From Promethearchaeota archaeon (GTDB lineage: Archaea > Asgardarchaeota > Lokiarchaeia > Sigyniarchaeales > SOKP01), in NCBI GenBank assembly GCA_048939015.1, contig JBHLPW010000019.1:13765-77764 (forward strand): DNA of 64,000 nt. The letters are read 5' to 3'. The translations under genes were made by a program, and so were the position numbers. The notes under the pieces are model-generated. The model did no database searches, was not told where the DNA came from, and saw only the letters and a list, made by a program, of their open reading frames with translations. Below, one piece after another: positions 20,817 to 30,434 of the stretch (within the stretch, counting starts at the first letter, position 1; each line of letters begins with the position of its first letter).

Positions 20817-22247
20817 TTAATTAAAGATAGGTTTTTTATCTTGCCATGGAGATATTTCTTCAAAAGCTTTTGAAACTTGAAGGACTTTTAAATCATCTAA
20901 CCGTTTGCCTATAATCTGCATTCCAATGGGGACTCCTTCACTTGACCATCCACATGGTATAGAGGCTGCAGGATGTCCACTCAAATTAAAAGGGTAAGTG
21001 AAAGGTAACCATGCTCCCGCTCCTACTTCTTTTCCGTCAATAATTTTAGGAAACTGAAGATCTAAATCAAAACTTGAACAAGCGAGAGTAGGAGTTATTA
21101 AAATATCAAAATTGTTAAAAAAACGAGAAATTTCCTCATATACTATTTCTCTTTGAATTTCAGCCCATTTGATATTATCTAAACTATAATTTAATCCAGT
21201 CTTTACTACTTCAATTAATTGAGGATCTAATTTATCTTTCCATTGATCTAAATAAGGTTTTAACCTATGGGCAAAACTAGTTGTCCATAAAATCCAATGT
21301 GTTTCTAATGGTTTCTGTAATTTAATTTCACTTTCTTCGATTAGCCAGTTAAATTTTTCAAATTTCTCAATACTTTTCATAACTGTCTTTTTAACTTCAG
21401 GATCTAAAGCTTCAGCGAACCCTAGATCAAAAGAGAATCCAATCTTTACATAATTTGATAATTCATATAACTTCTCCAAATAACTATAATTTGGTTTAGG
21501 TAATGAATATCTATCTAGATAATGTTCTCCAGCTAGTACATCAAGCATTAATGCCACATCCTCAACATATCTTACAATTGGTCCTTTATGTTCTAGAGTA
21601 CCTAATGAACCAACAACTCTCATATCTTCATGTGGTACACGCCCAAAATTCGGTTTAAACCCATATACCCCACAGAAACTACTAGGAATCCTTATCGAAC
21701 CACCACCATCAGATCCTGTAGCTAGTGGTCCTAAACCTGAAGCAACAGCTGCGGCAGCACCACCACTTGATCCTCCGCATGTTTTTTCCAAATTCCACGG
21801 ATTTTTTGTGGCTCCAAAAATTAAATTATCAGTTACTCCTTTATAGCCTAAAGATGGTGTATTGGTTTTTCCTAAAATTATAGCTCCAGCATCCTTTATT
21901 CTTTTAACAATAATGCTATCTCTTTTTGGGATAAAATTCTCATAAATTTTGCATCCTAAAGTTGTGCGAACTCCTTTTGTGGTTTCCAGATCTTTAAAAG
22001 ATATCGGGATTCCATGTAATAATCCCAGATTCTCTCCACTTCTATTGGTTTTAACTGCCTTATCTGCTTTGCTTGCCATATCTCGTGCTAGATCGAATGT
22101 AGGCGTACAATAGGCGTTGATTATCGGATTTATTTTTTCAATTCTTTCTATTATGGTTTCTGTTATTTCTAAAGACGTTAACTCCTGTGATCTTATTTTG
22201 TTGGTCATCTCACAAGCCGACATGAAACAAATATCTTCTTTATCCAT
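20817..22247 (-). CDS. Amidase signature family enzyme (paralog 2)
   Basis: SFKD, GGSSGG, GSDGGGSIRIPS; tandem paralog of 19294-20724. Confidence 0.92.
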   Translation of the reverse strand: MDKEDICFMSACEMTNKIRSQELTSLEITETIIERIEKINPIINAYCTPTFDLARDMASKADKAVKTNRSGENLGLLHGIPISFKDLETTKGVRTTLGCKIYENFIPKRDSIIVKRIKDAGAIILGKTNTPSLGYKGVTDNLIFGATKNPWNLEKTCGGSSGGAAAAVASGLGPLATGSDGGGSIRIPSSFCGVYGFKPNFGRVPHEDMRVVGSLGTLEHKGPIVRYVEDVALMLDVLAGEHYLDRYSLPKPNYSYLEKLYELSNYVKIGFSFDLGFAEALDPEVKKTVMKSIEKFEKFNWLIEESEIKLQKPLETHWILWTTSFAHRLKPYLDQWKDKLDPQLIEVVKTGLNYSLDNIKWAEIQREIVYEEISRFFNNFDILITPTLACSSFDLDLQFPKIIDGKEVGAGAWLPFTYPFNLSGHPAASIPCGWSSEGVPIGMQIIGKRLDDLKVLQVSKAFEEISPWQDKKPIFN

Positions 22248-22537
22248 GATTAATATTTATCTCTTTTAATTGTTATAATCTTCTTTAACTGAACTGAAAA
22301 TATTATATTATCTTAGATTTTATAATTTTTGAAATTTGATGAATATGAAGATGCCTGTGATTAATTTATCTTTTTGCCATTTTTATTTTCATTTTATTCA
22401 TTAAATCGCAATAAAACAAAAAAATAGTAGGGTTAGTAGATACATAATATTATTTTTCTAGAGGATCTGTTTTTATACGTAGTTAATTATTTTGCTAATA
22501 ACTATAGAATTATTTTTATTAGAATTATAATTGAGAG

Positions 22538-22744
22538 ATGGAAACTATGTATGCTATAAAATTAAGGCTAATAATAGCGGGATGTATCTTAATCGTGATA
22601 AGCATTATTCTAATTATTATTAGAGGCTATTTACCAATTTTTCTTGTATTATCTATAATAGGAATAGTATTGATAGTGATTGGGATTATTTGGGAACTAA
22701 AGGTGAAACAAGATAAGAATCTCAAAGATACGGAATTACATTAA
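22538..22744 (+). CDS. Small two-TM protein
   Basis: Hydrophobic hairpin upstream of the ABC genes on the same strand. Confidence 0.55.
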   Translation: METMYAIKLRLIIAGCILIVISIILIIIRGYLPIFLVLSIIGIVLIVIGIIWELKVKQDKNLKDTELH

Positions 22745-22834
22745 TCAAAAGAAGTTTTCACGGAAAATTCCATTTTTATCAATTATTTCTTAAAAGTAAA
22801 AAAAGGAAAATAAAAATCTAAGAATTATGAAATT

Positions 22835-23755
22835 ATGATTAAGATTGAAAATTTAACCAAGAAATATGGAAATCTGACAGCTGTTGATAACCTATCATTG
22901 CAAATTGAAGAAGGAGAAGTATTTGGTTTACTTGGTCCTAATGGAGCAGGTAAAACAACTACTATTCGGGTGCTTTGTTGTCTGATTTCTAAAACAAGCG
23001 GGAATGCAATGTTAAATAATTTGTCCATTGATGATAAAAAAAATAGGATTGAAATTCGTAATATAATTGGATTGTTACCGGAAAATGTAGGACTTTATGA
23101 AAGCTTGTCTGCTTATAAGAATTTGGACTTCTATGCCAAGTTATACCAATGCACTGAAAGTCAACGAAAAGAACGGATTGAATATTATCTAAAAATGTTT
23201 GATCTATGGGATAAAAAGGATGTAGCTGCAGGAACATTTTCCAAAGGAATGAAACAAAAATTGGCTTTAGCGAGAGTCCTAATTCACGATCCAAAAATCT
23301 TATTTTTAGATGAACCGACAGCAAATCTGGATCCAGAAGCCACTAAAATGGTTAGGGATTACATTCTCGAACTCAAAAAAGAGAAACGGACCATTTTTTT
23401 GAATACGCACATGCTCGATGAGGCGGAACGGATCTGTGACCGCGTGGGAATTTTGAAAACCCAATTATTAGACATTGGATCCCCCGAAAAATTACGGGAG
23501 TCCTTGTTGGGAAAGAAGTCTGTTGTTGAGGTGGATGCTGTTACTGATAACATCCTTAAAAGCATAAAATCTCTCGGATTTGAGCAAATTTCGAGAGATA
23601 ACAATAAAATGACTATTGATGTTACTGATCCTCGCAAAGATAATCCTTCCATCATACAGGCAATCCAAGATGCTGGAGGACTAGTTCAATCTATTTCAGA
23701 ACTTCTTCCAAGCTTAGAAGATATTTATTTAAAAAAGGTACGGAGGAAAGAGTAA
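22835..23755 (+). CDS. ABC-2-type exporter ATP-binding protein
   Basis: GPNGAGKTT, FSKGMKQK, LFLDEPT, NTH. Confidence 0.95.
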   Translation: MIKIENLTKKYGNLTAVDNLSLQIEEGEVFGLLGPNGAGKTTTIRVLCCLISKTSGNAMLNNLSIDDKKNRIEIRNIIGLLPENVGLYESLSAYKNLDFYAKLYQCTESQRKERIEYYLKMFDLWDKKDVAAGTFSKGMKQKLALARVLIHDPKILFLDEPTANLDPEATKMVRDYILELKKEKRTIFLNTHMLDEAERICDRVGILKTQLLDIGSPEKLRESLLGKKSVVEVDAVTDNILKSIKSLGFEQISRDNNKMTIDVTDPRKDNPSIIQAIQDAGGLVQSISELLPSLEDIYLKKVRRKE

Positions 23756-23756
23756 A

Positions 23757-24491
23757 GTGAATCGTAAAAATGTTTGGACAATAACTACAAAAGATATTGG
23801 GCTTTTTATTAAAAAGAAATTGATCTTGTATTCCGCATTGATTTTACCATTAGCTCTCTCAATTGGATTACCCATGATAGCCTGGTATGTTACAAACCAC
23901 AGAAATGTCCCAATACAGCTTTTATTTCCAATTTTTAATGCGTTTAGTTTCTTCTTCCTCGTCCTTGCCGCGGTAATTCCGACTGTTATTGGATCTTACA
24001 GTTTCGTGGGGGAAAAAACTGAAAAAACTCTTGAACCCTTATTAGCAACTCCAACTACTGACGATGAAATCTTACTCGGGAAGAGTTTAGCGGCATTTCT
24101 GCCTGTAATAATTATGATATTTATGAGCGCTGTTATATTCACGGCTCTCATGGATATTTTTACTTTCGCAAAAGTTGGGTATTTATACTTCCCAAATTGG
24201 AGCTTTGCTATTATAGTTCTTTTAAATTCTCCATTAGCATGCATTATGAGTATAGAATTCAGCGTCTTAGTTTCCTCTCGCGTGAATGATGTTCGATCCG
24301 CCCAACAATTAGCAGCTCTTATAATCATTCCATTAATTGCACTATATTTACTTACCGAACTTAGTGTAATTACACTCGATGTTAACACATTGCTACTGAT
24401 TGCGGGAATTCTTGCTATAATTGATATAGGCCTGTTTTTTGCCAATCGAGCTATATTTCAAAGAGAAGAGATCTTAACGAAATGGAAATAA
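23757..24491 (+). CDS. ABC-2-type exporter permease
   Basis: 6 TMs; GEKTEKTLEPLLATP...ILLGK motif; 1 nt downstream of the ATPase. Confidence 0.9.
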   Translation: MNRKNVWTITTKDIGLFIKKKLILYSALILPLALSIGLPMIAWYVTNHRNVPIQLLFPIFNAFSFFFLVLAAVIPTVIGSYSFVGEKTEKTLEPLLATPTTDDEILLGKSLAAFLPVIIMIFMSAVIFTALMDIFTFAKVGYLYFPNWSFAIIVLLNSPLACIMSIEFSVLVSSRVNDVRSAQQLAALIIIPLIALYLLTELSVITLDVNTLLLIAGILAIIDIGLFFANRAIFQREEILTKWK

Positions 24492-24570
24492 AAACATTAT
24501 TTTCTCATTTCACATAAATTCTATACACATGAAATATTTCTTCTATATTCACGATTAACTATGATTTGAT

Positions 24571-24978
24571 TTAAAATTTAAATTCAGATTGCCATTTCTT
24601 ATATCCAATTTGCCATAATTTCAACCGTGGTTTATTTACTTTATTATCCACTTCAATCCCCGGTTTAGGATTGTTCATTATTTCACGATAGCGTGTATAG
24701 TATTGTTCAGCATTAGGATTCCCTCTAATTAAATCTAAAATTGCAGTTTCCGTAAAGTATAATATTAAATCCGGTTTAATATTTGGATCATTTCTTGTCA
24801 TTTCCAGATGATTTTCTTTTTTTTTATACAGAAAAAAACGTAGCTTGAAATTTTCTTCATTGGTAGAGTTTTCATTAATAATGTATTCCCAACACGCTTT
24901 TACATTAAGATGCTTCATTAAATCTAAATTATTAGGAAAAAAAGTTTCTAATTTTTTGTATAATTCTTCTGTATTCAT
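24571..24978 (-). CDS. Hypothetical protein, possibly SCP2-like; paralog of 26545-27009
   Basis: PDLILYFTETAILDLI...Y...NNP...K...L...GY pattern shared with 26545-27009. Confidence 0.6.
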   Translation of the reverse strand: MNTEELYKKLETFFPNNLDLMKHLNVKACWEYIINENSTNEENFKLRFFLYKKKENHLEMTRNDPNIKPDLILYFTETAILDLIRGNPNAEQYYTRYREIMNNPKPGIEVDNKVNKPRLKLWQIGYKKWQSEFKF

Positions 24979-24987
24979 CTTATTAGA

Positions 24988-26478
24988 CTATTTTATTTTA
25001 TCTATATTTATAGGAGTCCCATCATAAATATATTTTCCATAAACAAGTTCTTGAGGATAATATTTACAACCTGCAGGATAGGCAGAGTCTTTAATTCCGC
25101 CTAAGGAAACGGTAATGTCGACAAGCATAGGTCTAGCATTTATATAGATATTCGCAGCTTCCAATTCATTCTTAAAAATCTCGATATTTTTCAGGTTTGA
25201 TGTATAAACTACTGCCCTCATGCCATAATTACTTGCATTTGCTAATTTTATTGCATCCTTAATATCATTGGCTTTAGTGATAGAACGAACTGGTCCGAAA
25301 GCCTCTTCTTTCCAAAGAAAAGGAGCTTTAGATAAATCTCCACATAGTTCTGGTTTGATCTCAACCAAAGTTGGTGTATAAAACAATCCATAATCCTCTC
25401 CGGTATCAATTTTCTCTCCACCAGTAAATATTTTAGCACCAAATTTCTTTGCATCCTCTACCATAACCTCCATCATCATTAAGATTCTCCTACTCCCCAA
25501 AGGACCAATATCAACATCTGGATCAGTTGGGTCTCCATATTTCAAGTTTTCAATTTCTTTTATAAGATATTCTAAATACTCATCATAAATATCTTTATGA
25601 ACTATTATTCGTTTCATTGAAAAGCATTGTTGCCCAGAGTTAGTAAAACTAGCTATCACATTCCACTTTGCCACGTTTTCTAAATTTACATCATCCATCA
25701 CAATACCAGCATCGTTTCCAGCACATTCAAAAAAGAAGTTTTTAAAAGGCTGAGTATACATAGGAACACCCATCGATCTATCTACAGTTTTTTTCAAAAA
25801 TCTACCATACCGAGCTAAGATATCCTTTGCTGTATGAGAAGCTGTAATAGTCATCAAAGTTTTAACCAATGGTGATTTAATGAATTCATCTACTGCCCAT
25901 TCTCCAGGAGCGATAACTAAATCTAAAGCTTCAAGAGCTGGTAGATCCATTTCTTCCATCATTGAATAAGCTTTTAACATAGTCAATGGACATGCTGTGG
26001 ATGGTTTTACTATTGCTCCATTTCCAACAAGATAATTAGCACCTAATTGATAAAGCGGAAGACTTAAAGGAGTATTACGAGGAGAAATGCATGCAGCCAA
26101 CCCATGTGGTATATATCTGATTCTAACAAGTTGTTCTCCTTCAATACTTGTTAATGGTTTTTCCTCTAAGAATTGATAATACCAATCACAGAATTTAAAA
26201 CCATTCATTACAATGCTCAATTCCCATTCGGAATATTTGATTGGTAATCCCCCTTCTGCTACAACTAAATCCTTTAATTCAGGTTTTTTAAACCGTAATT
26301 TAGTAGCAAAATTAGAAAGAAGTTGGGAACGCTCAAAAAAATCCATTTCTTTTAGGAGATGTTCATTCTTATGAATTTTTTTTATTTTTGCTCTAACAGT
26401 TTCTGGTGTGTCTGCGGGAATGGTTCCTATCAATTCACCAGTATATTTGTTTTTTATTTCTAATTCTTGTTTTGACAT
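24988..26478 (-). CDS. Aldehyde dehydrogenase, divergent
   Basis: PRNTPL, VKPS, ECAGND, SGQQCFS (catalytic Cys), EEAFGPV, ANASNYGM. Confidence 0.9.
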   Translation of the reverse strand: MSKQELEIKNKYTGELIGTIPADTPETVRAKIKKIHKNEHLLKEMDFFERSQLLSNFATKLRFKKPELKDLVVAEGGLPIKYSEWELSIVMNGFKFCDWYYQFLEEKPLTSIEGEQLVRIRYIPHGLAACISPRNTPLSLPLYQLGANYLVGNGAIVKPSTACPLTMLKAYSMMEEMDLPALEALDLVIAPGEWAVDEFIKSPLVKTLMTITASHTAKDILARYGRFLKKTVDRSMGVPMYTQPFKNFFFECAGNDAGIVMDDVNLENVAKWNVIASFTNSGQQCFSMKRIIVHKDIYDEYLEYLIKEIENLKYGDPTDPDVDIGPLGSRRILMMMEVMVEDAKKFGAKIFTGGEKIDTGEDYGLFYTPTLVEIKPELCGDLSKAPFLWKEEAFGPVRSITKANDIKDAIKLANASNYGMRAVVYTSNLKNIEIFKNELEAANIYINARPMLVDITVSLGGIKDSAYPAGCKYYPQELVYGKYIYDGTPINIDKIK

Positions 26479-26544
26479 AATTTTGACATAATTACTTATT
26501 AGTTTTTTAATTTAAAACATAGAGAAAAAGTCCAAACCTTATAT

Positions 26545-27009
26545 TTAATCATCATCCTTGAGTATACCGGCAGTCTGAGCAAACTTACCATAACCCATGT
26601 CAATTAAGGTTTGTGTTCTTTTGTGCAATATAAAATCAATCCATCCTTTTTCCTCATCTGGATCATTATAGAAAGATCCTAAAAGTTCAGCATATTCCAC
26701 TTTTGTTTTAGTTTGGATCAATTTTTCAATCGCATCAATTGAGAGTGCTAGTTCCAAATCTGAATCAACAGCACTCCCTGGTTTTATCTCAATACCATTT
26801 CCATTTCGATATACATGAAAAATATCTATAGGAGATCTCTTGTCATATGATTCAAGCGAATTATAAATTGCAAAATCAAAATCTGAACCATTTATAAGAT
26901 CAGAAAAAATTTCAGGATATTTAGAGAGAAATGTTGTATATTTCTTTGCAATTTCTGTTTTGTAGGCTTTTTGATCAACAATTTTACTCGTCATTTCTTC
27001 ATTTAACAT
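26545..27009 (-). CDS. Hypothetical protein, possibly SCP2-like; paralog of 24571-24978
   Basis: FHVYRNGNGIEIKPG..DSDLELALSIDAIEKLI. Confidence 0.6.
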   Translation of the reverse strand: MLNEEMTSKIVDQKAYKTEIAKKYTTFLSKYPEIFSDLINGSDFDFAIYNSLESYDKRSPIDIFHVYRNGNGIEIKPGSAVDSDLELALSIDAIEKLIQTKTKVEYAELLGSFYNDPDEEKGWIDFILHKRTQTLIDMGYGKFAQTAGILKDDD

Positions 27010-27011
27010 TT

Positions 27012-28016
27012 TTATGCTCCTTCTTTCTTACTTTTAGCAATATAATCTTTATACCATTCTATTGTATGTTCTAATCCCTCTCTTAGAGGTGTTATCTTAT
27101 ATCCAAGAGTTTTTATAGCTTTTTCGGAGGAGAATGCCCAATTATGGTTTATCATTTTAACAGTGGGTCTATTGGTGTATGGCATTTTTTTTGTTAATTT
27201 TGTTTTCATTTCACATAATAATGCATATAGTTTTGCTAAACTCATTGGGAAATGCCGTGGTTTTTTCTTATTTCCTGCTATTTCAGCAATTAAATTTAGC
27301 CAATCACCAAATTTTATGTTAACACCTCCAAGTATGAAACTTTCTCCTTTTAGGTCGTTTCGATCAACAACACTTACAGCACCATTAATAACATCATTGA
27401 CATATACGAAACTTCCAATTGTTTCTCCTTTTCCAGGACATCCTAAGAACTTTCTTCTTGTAATATCAAAAATAGTCTGCCCAAATATATTAAAATCTCC
27501 AGGACCATAGACTATTCCTGGATAAAAAATAGTTGTGTTTAGACCTTTATCAACATATTCATAAATTAACTTTTTAGCTTGGAATTTAGTTTTTGCGTAA
27601 TCAAGGTATAATCCATTTTCGCATTCATAAGTTTCATCAACAGGTTCTTTCGAAGTTGCCCCTAATGCAATAAATGAACTGACATATAAAAGTCGAAGAT
27701 TTTTTTCTAATGAAATTTTAGCAATATTTTCAGCACCCTTAATGTTTGTATCTTCAATAATATTCTTATCTTTTGCCCACATTCTAGTATAGGCTGCCAG
27801 ATGGTAAATCAAATCAACTTTTTCTGTTGCTTTTTGGAGAGATTCATAATCTCGAACATCACCTATTATATATTCAATATTATTGAGATTTTGAATAGGT
27901 TCTATATTGCTACTTTCTCTGATTAATAATTTTAAGTTATGTCCTAAGCTCTGTAATTTCTTTACTAATGGAATACCAATAAAACCTGTACCACCAGTAA
28001 TTAATATATTTACCAT
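27012..28016 (-). CDS. Extended SDR (NAD-dependent epimerase/dehydratase; HpnA/3-beta-HSD-like)
   Basis: TGGTGFIG, YHLAA, YVSS, YAKTK, PGIVYGPGD, SSEKAIKTLGY. Confidence 0.88.
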   Translation of the reverse strand: MVNILITGGTGFIGIPLVKKLQSLGHNLKLLIRESSNIEPIQNLNNIEYIIGDVRDYESLQKATEKVDLIYHLAAYTRMWAKDKNIIEDTNIKGAENIAKISLEKNLRLLYVSSFIALGATSKEPVDETYECENGLYLDYAKTKFQAKKLIYEYVDKGLNTTIFYPGIVYGPGDFNIFGQTIFDITRRKFLGCPGKGETIGSFVYVNDVINGAVSVVDRNDLKGESFILGGVNIKFGDWLNLIAEIAGNKKKPRHFPMSLAKLYALLCEMKTKLTKKMPYTNRPTVKMINHNWAFSSEKAIKTLGYKITPLREGLEHTIEWYKDYIAKSKKEGA

Positions 28017-28243
28017 AACAAGACTATTAATGTAATTTAAAGAAATTTTAAAATAGTAAAAAGTTACATTGTATTAAAGTTAGATCTTATAGATATTGAG
28101 GTTTTACATCTTTTAATATTAGGAAACCTCGGAATATTTAATAATATTTTTTTATTTCCATTTTAAAAGGCATTTATTAAAGAATTGCATTTATTATATT
28201 ATATATCTTCCAAAATTTTACCTAAAAAGATATTGAGATTAAA

Positions 28244-28801
28244 TTGAAAAAGAAATTAAGGAATTTTGGTAAATTTCATTCACAATTAGAACTACCATTT
28301 TCAGAAACAGATTATGAGTTATTGAAAGATATATTTAATACCCTTGAGTTTAAATTTGGTTTAAAACGCGACTCTAATCAAAAATTCATTGATTTAGGAG
28401 CTGGAAATGGAAGTGTAGTAATTTTTACTGCAATAAATTACTGTATTAACGCTTTTGGAATTGAGATTGATCATCATCTAGTAAAAGAAGCCAAGAATCG
28501 AATAAAATCATTGAAAAACAAAGGAAATTATGAAAAAAGACTAATTAATAAGATGAGAATTAAGCAAGGAGATTTCTTCACATATAATTTAGAAAAATAT
28601 GATTACATTTTCATCTATTCATTTCCATCAATACATAAATATCTAAAACATGTATTCAGAACCGTAAGAAAAGGAGCAATAATTATATCTCATAAATATA
28701 AACTTGAAAATTTTAGTACTTTTCTTAAAGAAGAAAATATATTAATCCATAAAAGACAAAATGCAGAGTTATTCACATTCTTTTATAAAAGGATTTCATA
28801 A
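28244..28801 (+). CDS. Class I SAM-dependent methyltransferase (resembles archaeal protein-lysine MTase / FAM173 type)
   Basis: IDLGAGNG, GIEID, GDFF, YIFIY, GAIIISH. Confidence 0.75.
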   Translation: MKKKLRNFGKFHSQLELPFSETDYELLKDIFNTLEFKFGLKRDSNQKFIDLGAGNGSVVIFTAINYCINAFGIEIDHHLVKEAKNRIKSLKNKGNYEKRLINKMRIKQGDFFTYNLEKYDYIFIYSFPSIHKYLKHVFRTVRKGAIIISHKYKLENFSTFLKEENILIHKRQNAELFTFFYKRIS

Positions 28802-28965
28802 AATCTAAAGAATTATATTCTAGAAAAAAATATTGAAGCAATAGTTCATCAGATATTATATTCTTTTAATATCACAAAAAATATAATTATAAATAAAATC
28901 AAAATAAATAAATATATAATTTTTTAATCGAATTAAAATTTAATTTTAAAGGTGTGTAAATACAA

Positions 28966-29667
28966 ATGGTACTTGGTTTTGAAGGATGGTTAAGTGGAAT
29001 AACTGCTTCCCTTATAGTTATATCCTCTGTGATTTTTGGGTTACTCTCTTTCTATAAATCAATAAAACTGAAAGCAAAATTACTTTCTATAGCAGGTTTA
29101 GTAATGATTTTCGTAGGATTCTTGTGGCTTGGACCAACTACCGATTTTTTCGTAAAATTAATCACAGATAATAATATTTCTCCAGCCACTACTTATGTGT
29201 TCTTAAGTTATGCATGGGTTGGACCAGCATTGTTTTTTGCCATGTATCTGGGTGGTGAACTTATGATACCTAAGTATAAATGGATTCTTGTTGGGGCTTT
29301 TGTAGTTTTGGGTGGAATTTTTGAGTTTTTTCTGTGGACTCAACCCATTCAATCATTCGATTATATAGAAGTTAGGTACCCTAATGGTATTATTGATGCG
29401 AGTTTTAACAACAGTCATCCCACTTATTTAATGGTATTAATTATGTTAATAAGTTCATTAATATTCTTAGGAATTGGAATGGCGGTAAAAGCAAAACAAT
29501 CGACAGGTTTATTAAGGAAAAAGTTTACTTATTTATCGATTGGTTTCATAATTTTTGTAGCATGTGCTGCCTTAGATTCAATTCTAGAGTTACCTTTAAC
29601 TATTGGTATCGTAAGGGTGGTTATGGCAACATTTGCGATTTGGATGTATCTCGGTTTGAAGACTTAG
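28966..29667 (+). CDS. Hypothetical ~7-TM membrane protein
   Basis: About seven hydrophobic segments in 233 aa. Confidence 0.75.
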   Translation: MVLGFEGWLSGITASLIVISSVIFGLLSFYKSIKLKAKLLSIAGLVMIFVGFLWLGPTTDFFVKLITDNNISPATTYVFLSYAWVGPALFFAMYLGGELMIPKYKWILVGAFVVLGGIFEFFLWTQPIQSFDYIEVRYPNGIIDASFNNSHPTYLMVLIMLISSLIFLGIGMAVKAKQSTGLLRKKFTYLSIGFIIFVACAALDSILELPLTIGIVRVVMATFAIWMYLGLKT

Positions 29668-29715
29668 ATGAACTTAATAACTTTTTTTTCTTTTTTACTA
29701 ATCAAATAATCCTTT

Positions 29716-30201
29716 TCAATAATCCAATGAAGTATTAATTTTTATTAAAATTTCTTTTAAATATAATTTCATGAAATATCTTTGATTATTACAGAAATCA
29801 AGTTTCTGTGTATTAGTTAAATCTGGACAGTTTGATAATATCGAGTGAATGTCATTTGAGATGGAAAGATATTCACTTGTTGAATCTTTGACGTTATCTC
29901 TCACATTATTAAATTGACCTTTATTTATTTCGTTAACAATATTTGTAACGTTCCTTGGTTCAATATCACTTGAAAATCTTTTTCTATACTCACTAAGAGA
30001 ATTAATTAACAAATCAGAAATATAATTAAAGTTTTCCTTTGATTTGATGTTATTAAACAGCTCCGAAACGAGATTAGAAACAGCATTATTCTCTAGATTA
30101 GGAGGATTATTTTGAAAATCAAAGTCTAAATTTCCAATATCTAAGTTATTATCATAAGTTATATCAGAGAAGTCTTTATTAATGAATCCTCTTGAAATTA
30201 T
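29716..30201 (-). CDS. Hypothetical protein (tracked as 29716-30012; frame stays open to 30204)
   Basis: Manual translation adds IISRGFINKDFSDITYDNNLDIGNLDF...ISD upstream of the TTG at 30012; nearest in-frame stop is TGA at 30207-30205. Confidence 0.5.
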   Translation of the reverse strand: MISRGFINKDFSDITYDNNLDIGNLDFDFQNNPPNLENNAVSNLVSELFNNIKSKENFNYISDLLINSLSEYRKRFSSDIEPRNVTNIVNEINKGQFNNVRDNVKDSTSEYLSISNDIHSILSNCPDLTNTQKLDFCNNQRYFMKLYLKEILIKINTSLDY

Positions 30202-30434
30202 TACTCATCTCGGAGAAATTAAAATTTGTATTATTTTAAACCTAATTAGTATTTATAAAAAAAGCCTCTCTGAATTTAGTGGAAATTTTATTAGCTATTT
30301 TTTACACAAATTCAATCCTAAAATTTAAAAAAATAATTATGCTGATTAAAAAAAATTTTTATAAATATTGAGAATAAAATATTATTATCTTTTAAGAATA
30401 ATCATTCTAATAAACCAAAAAACAAGGAAAAATT

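Noticed and set aside
19294-22247. Calling either amidase gatA
   Set aside because: No gatB/gatC nearby, and the motifs fit general amidases (DGGGS.RIP) rather than GatA (DTGGSIRQPA)
26470-26491. 11-bp tandem duplication (TTTTGACATAA x2) at the ALDH start, creating a 9-codon out-of-frame upstream ORF
   Set aside because: Most simply a local slippage duplication; nothing supports a regulatory role
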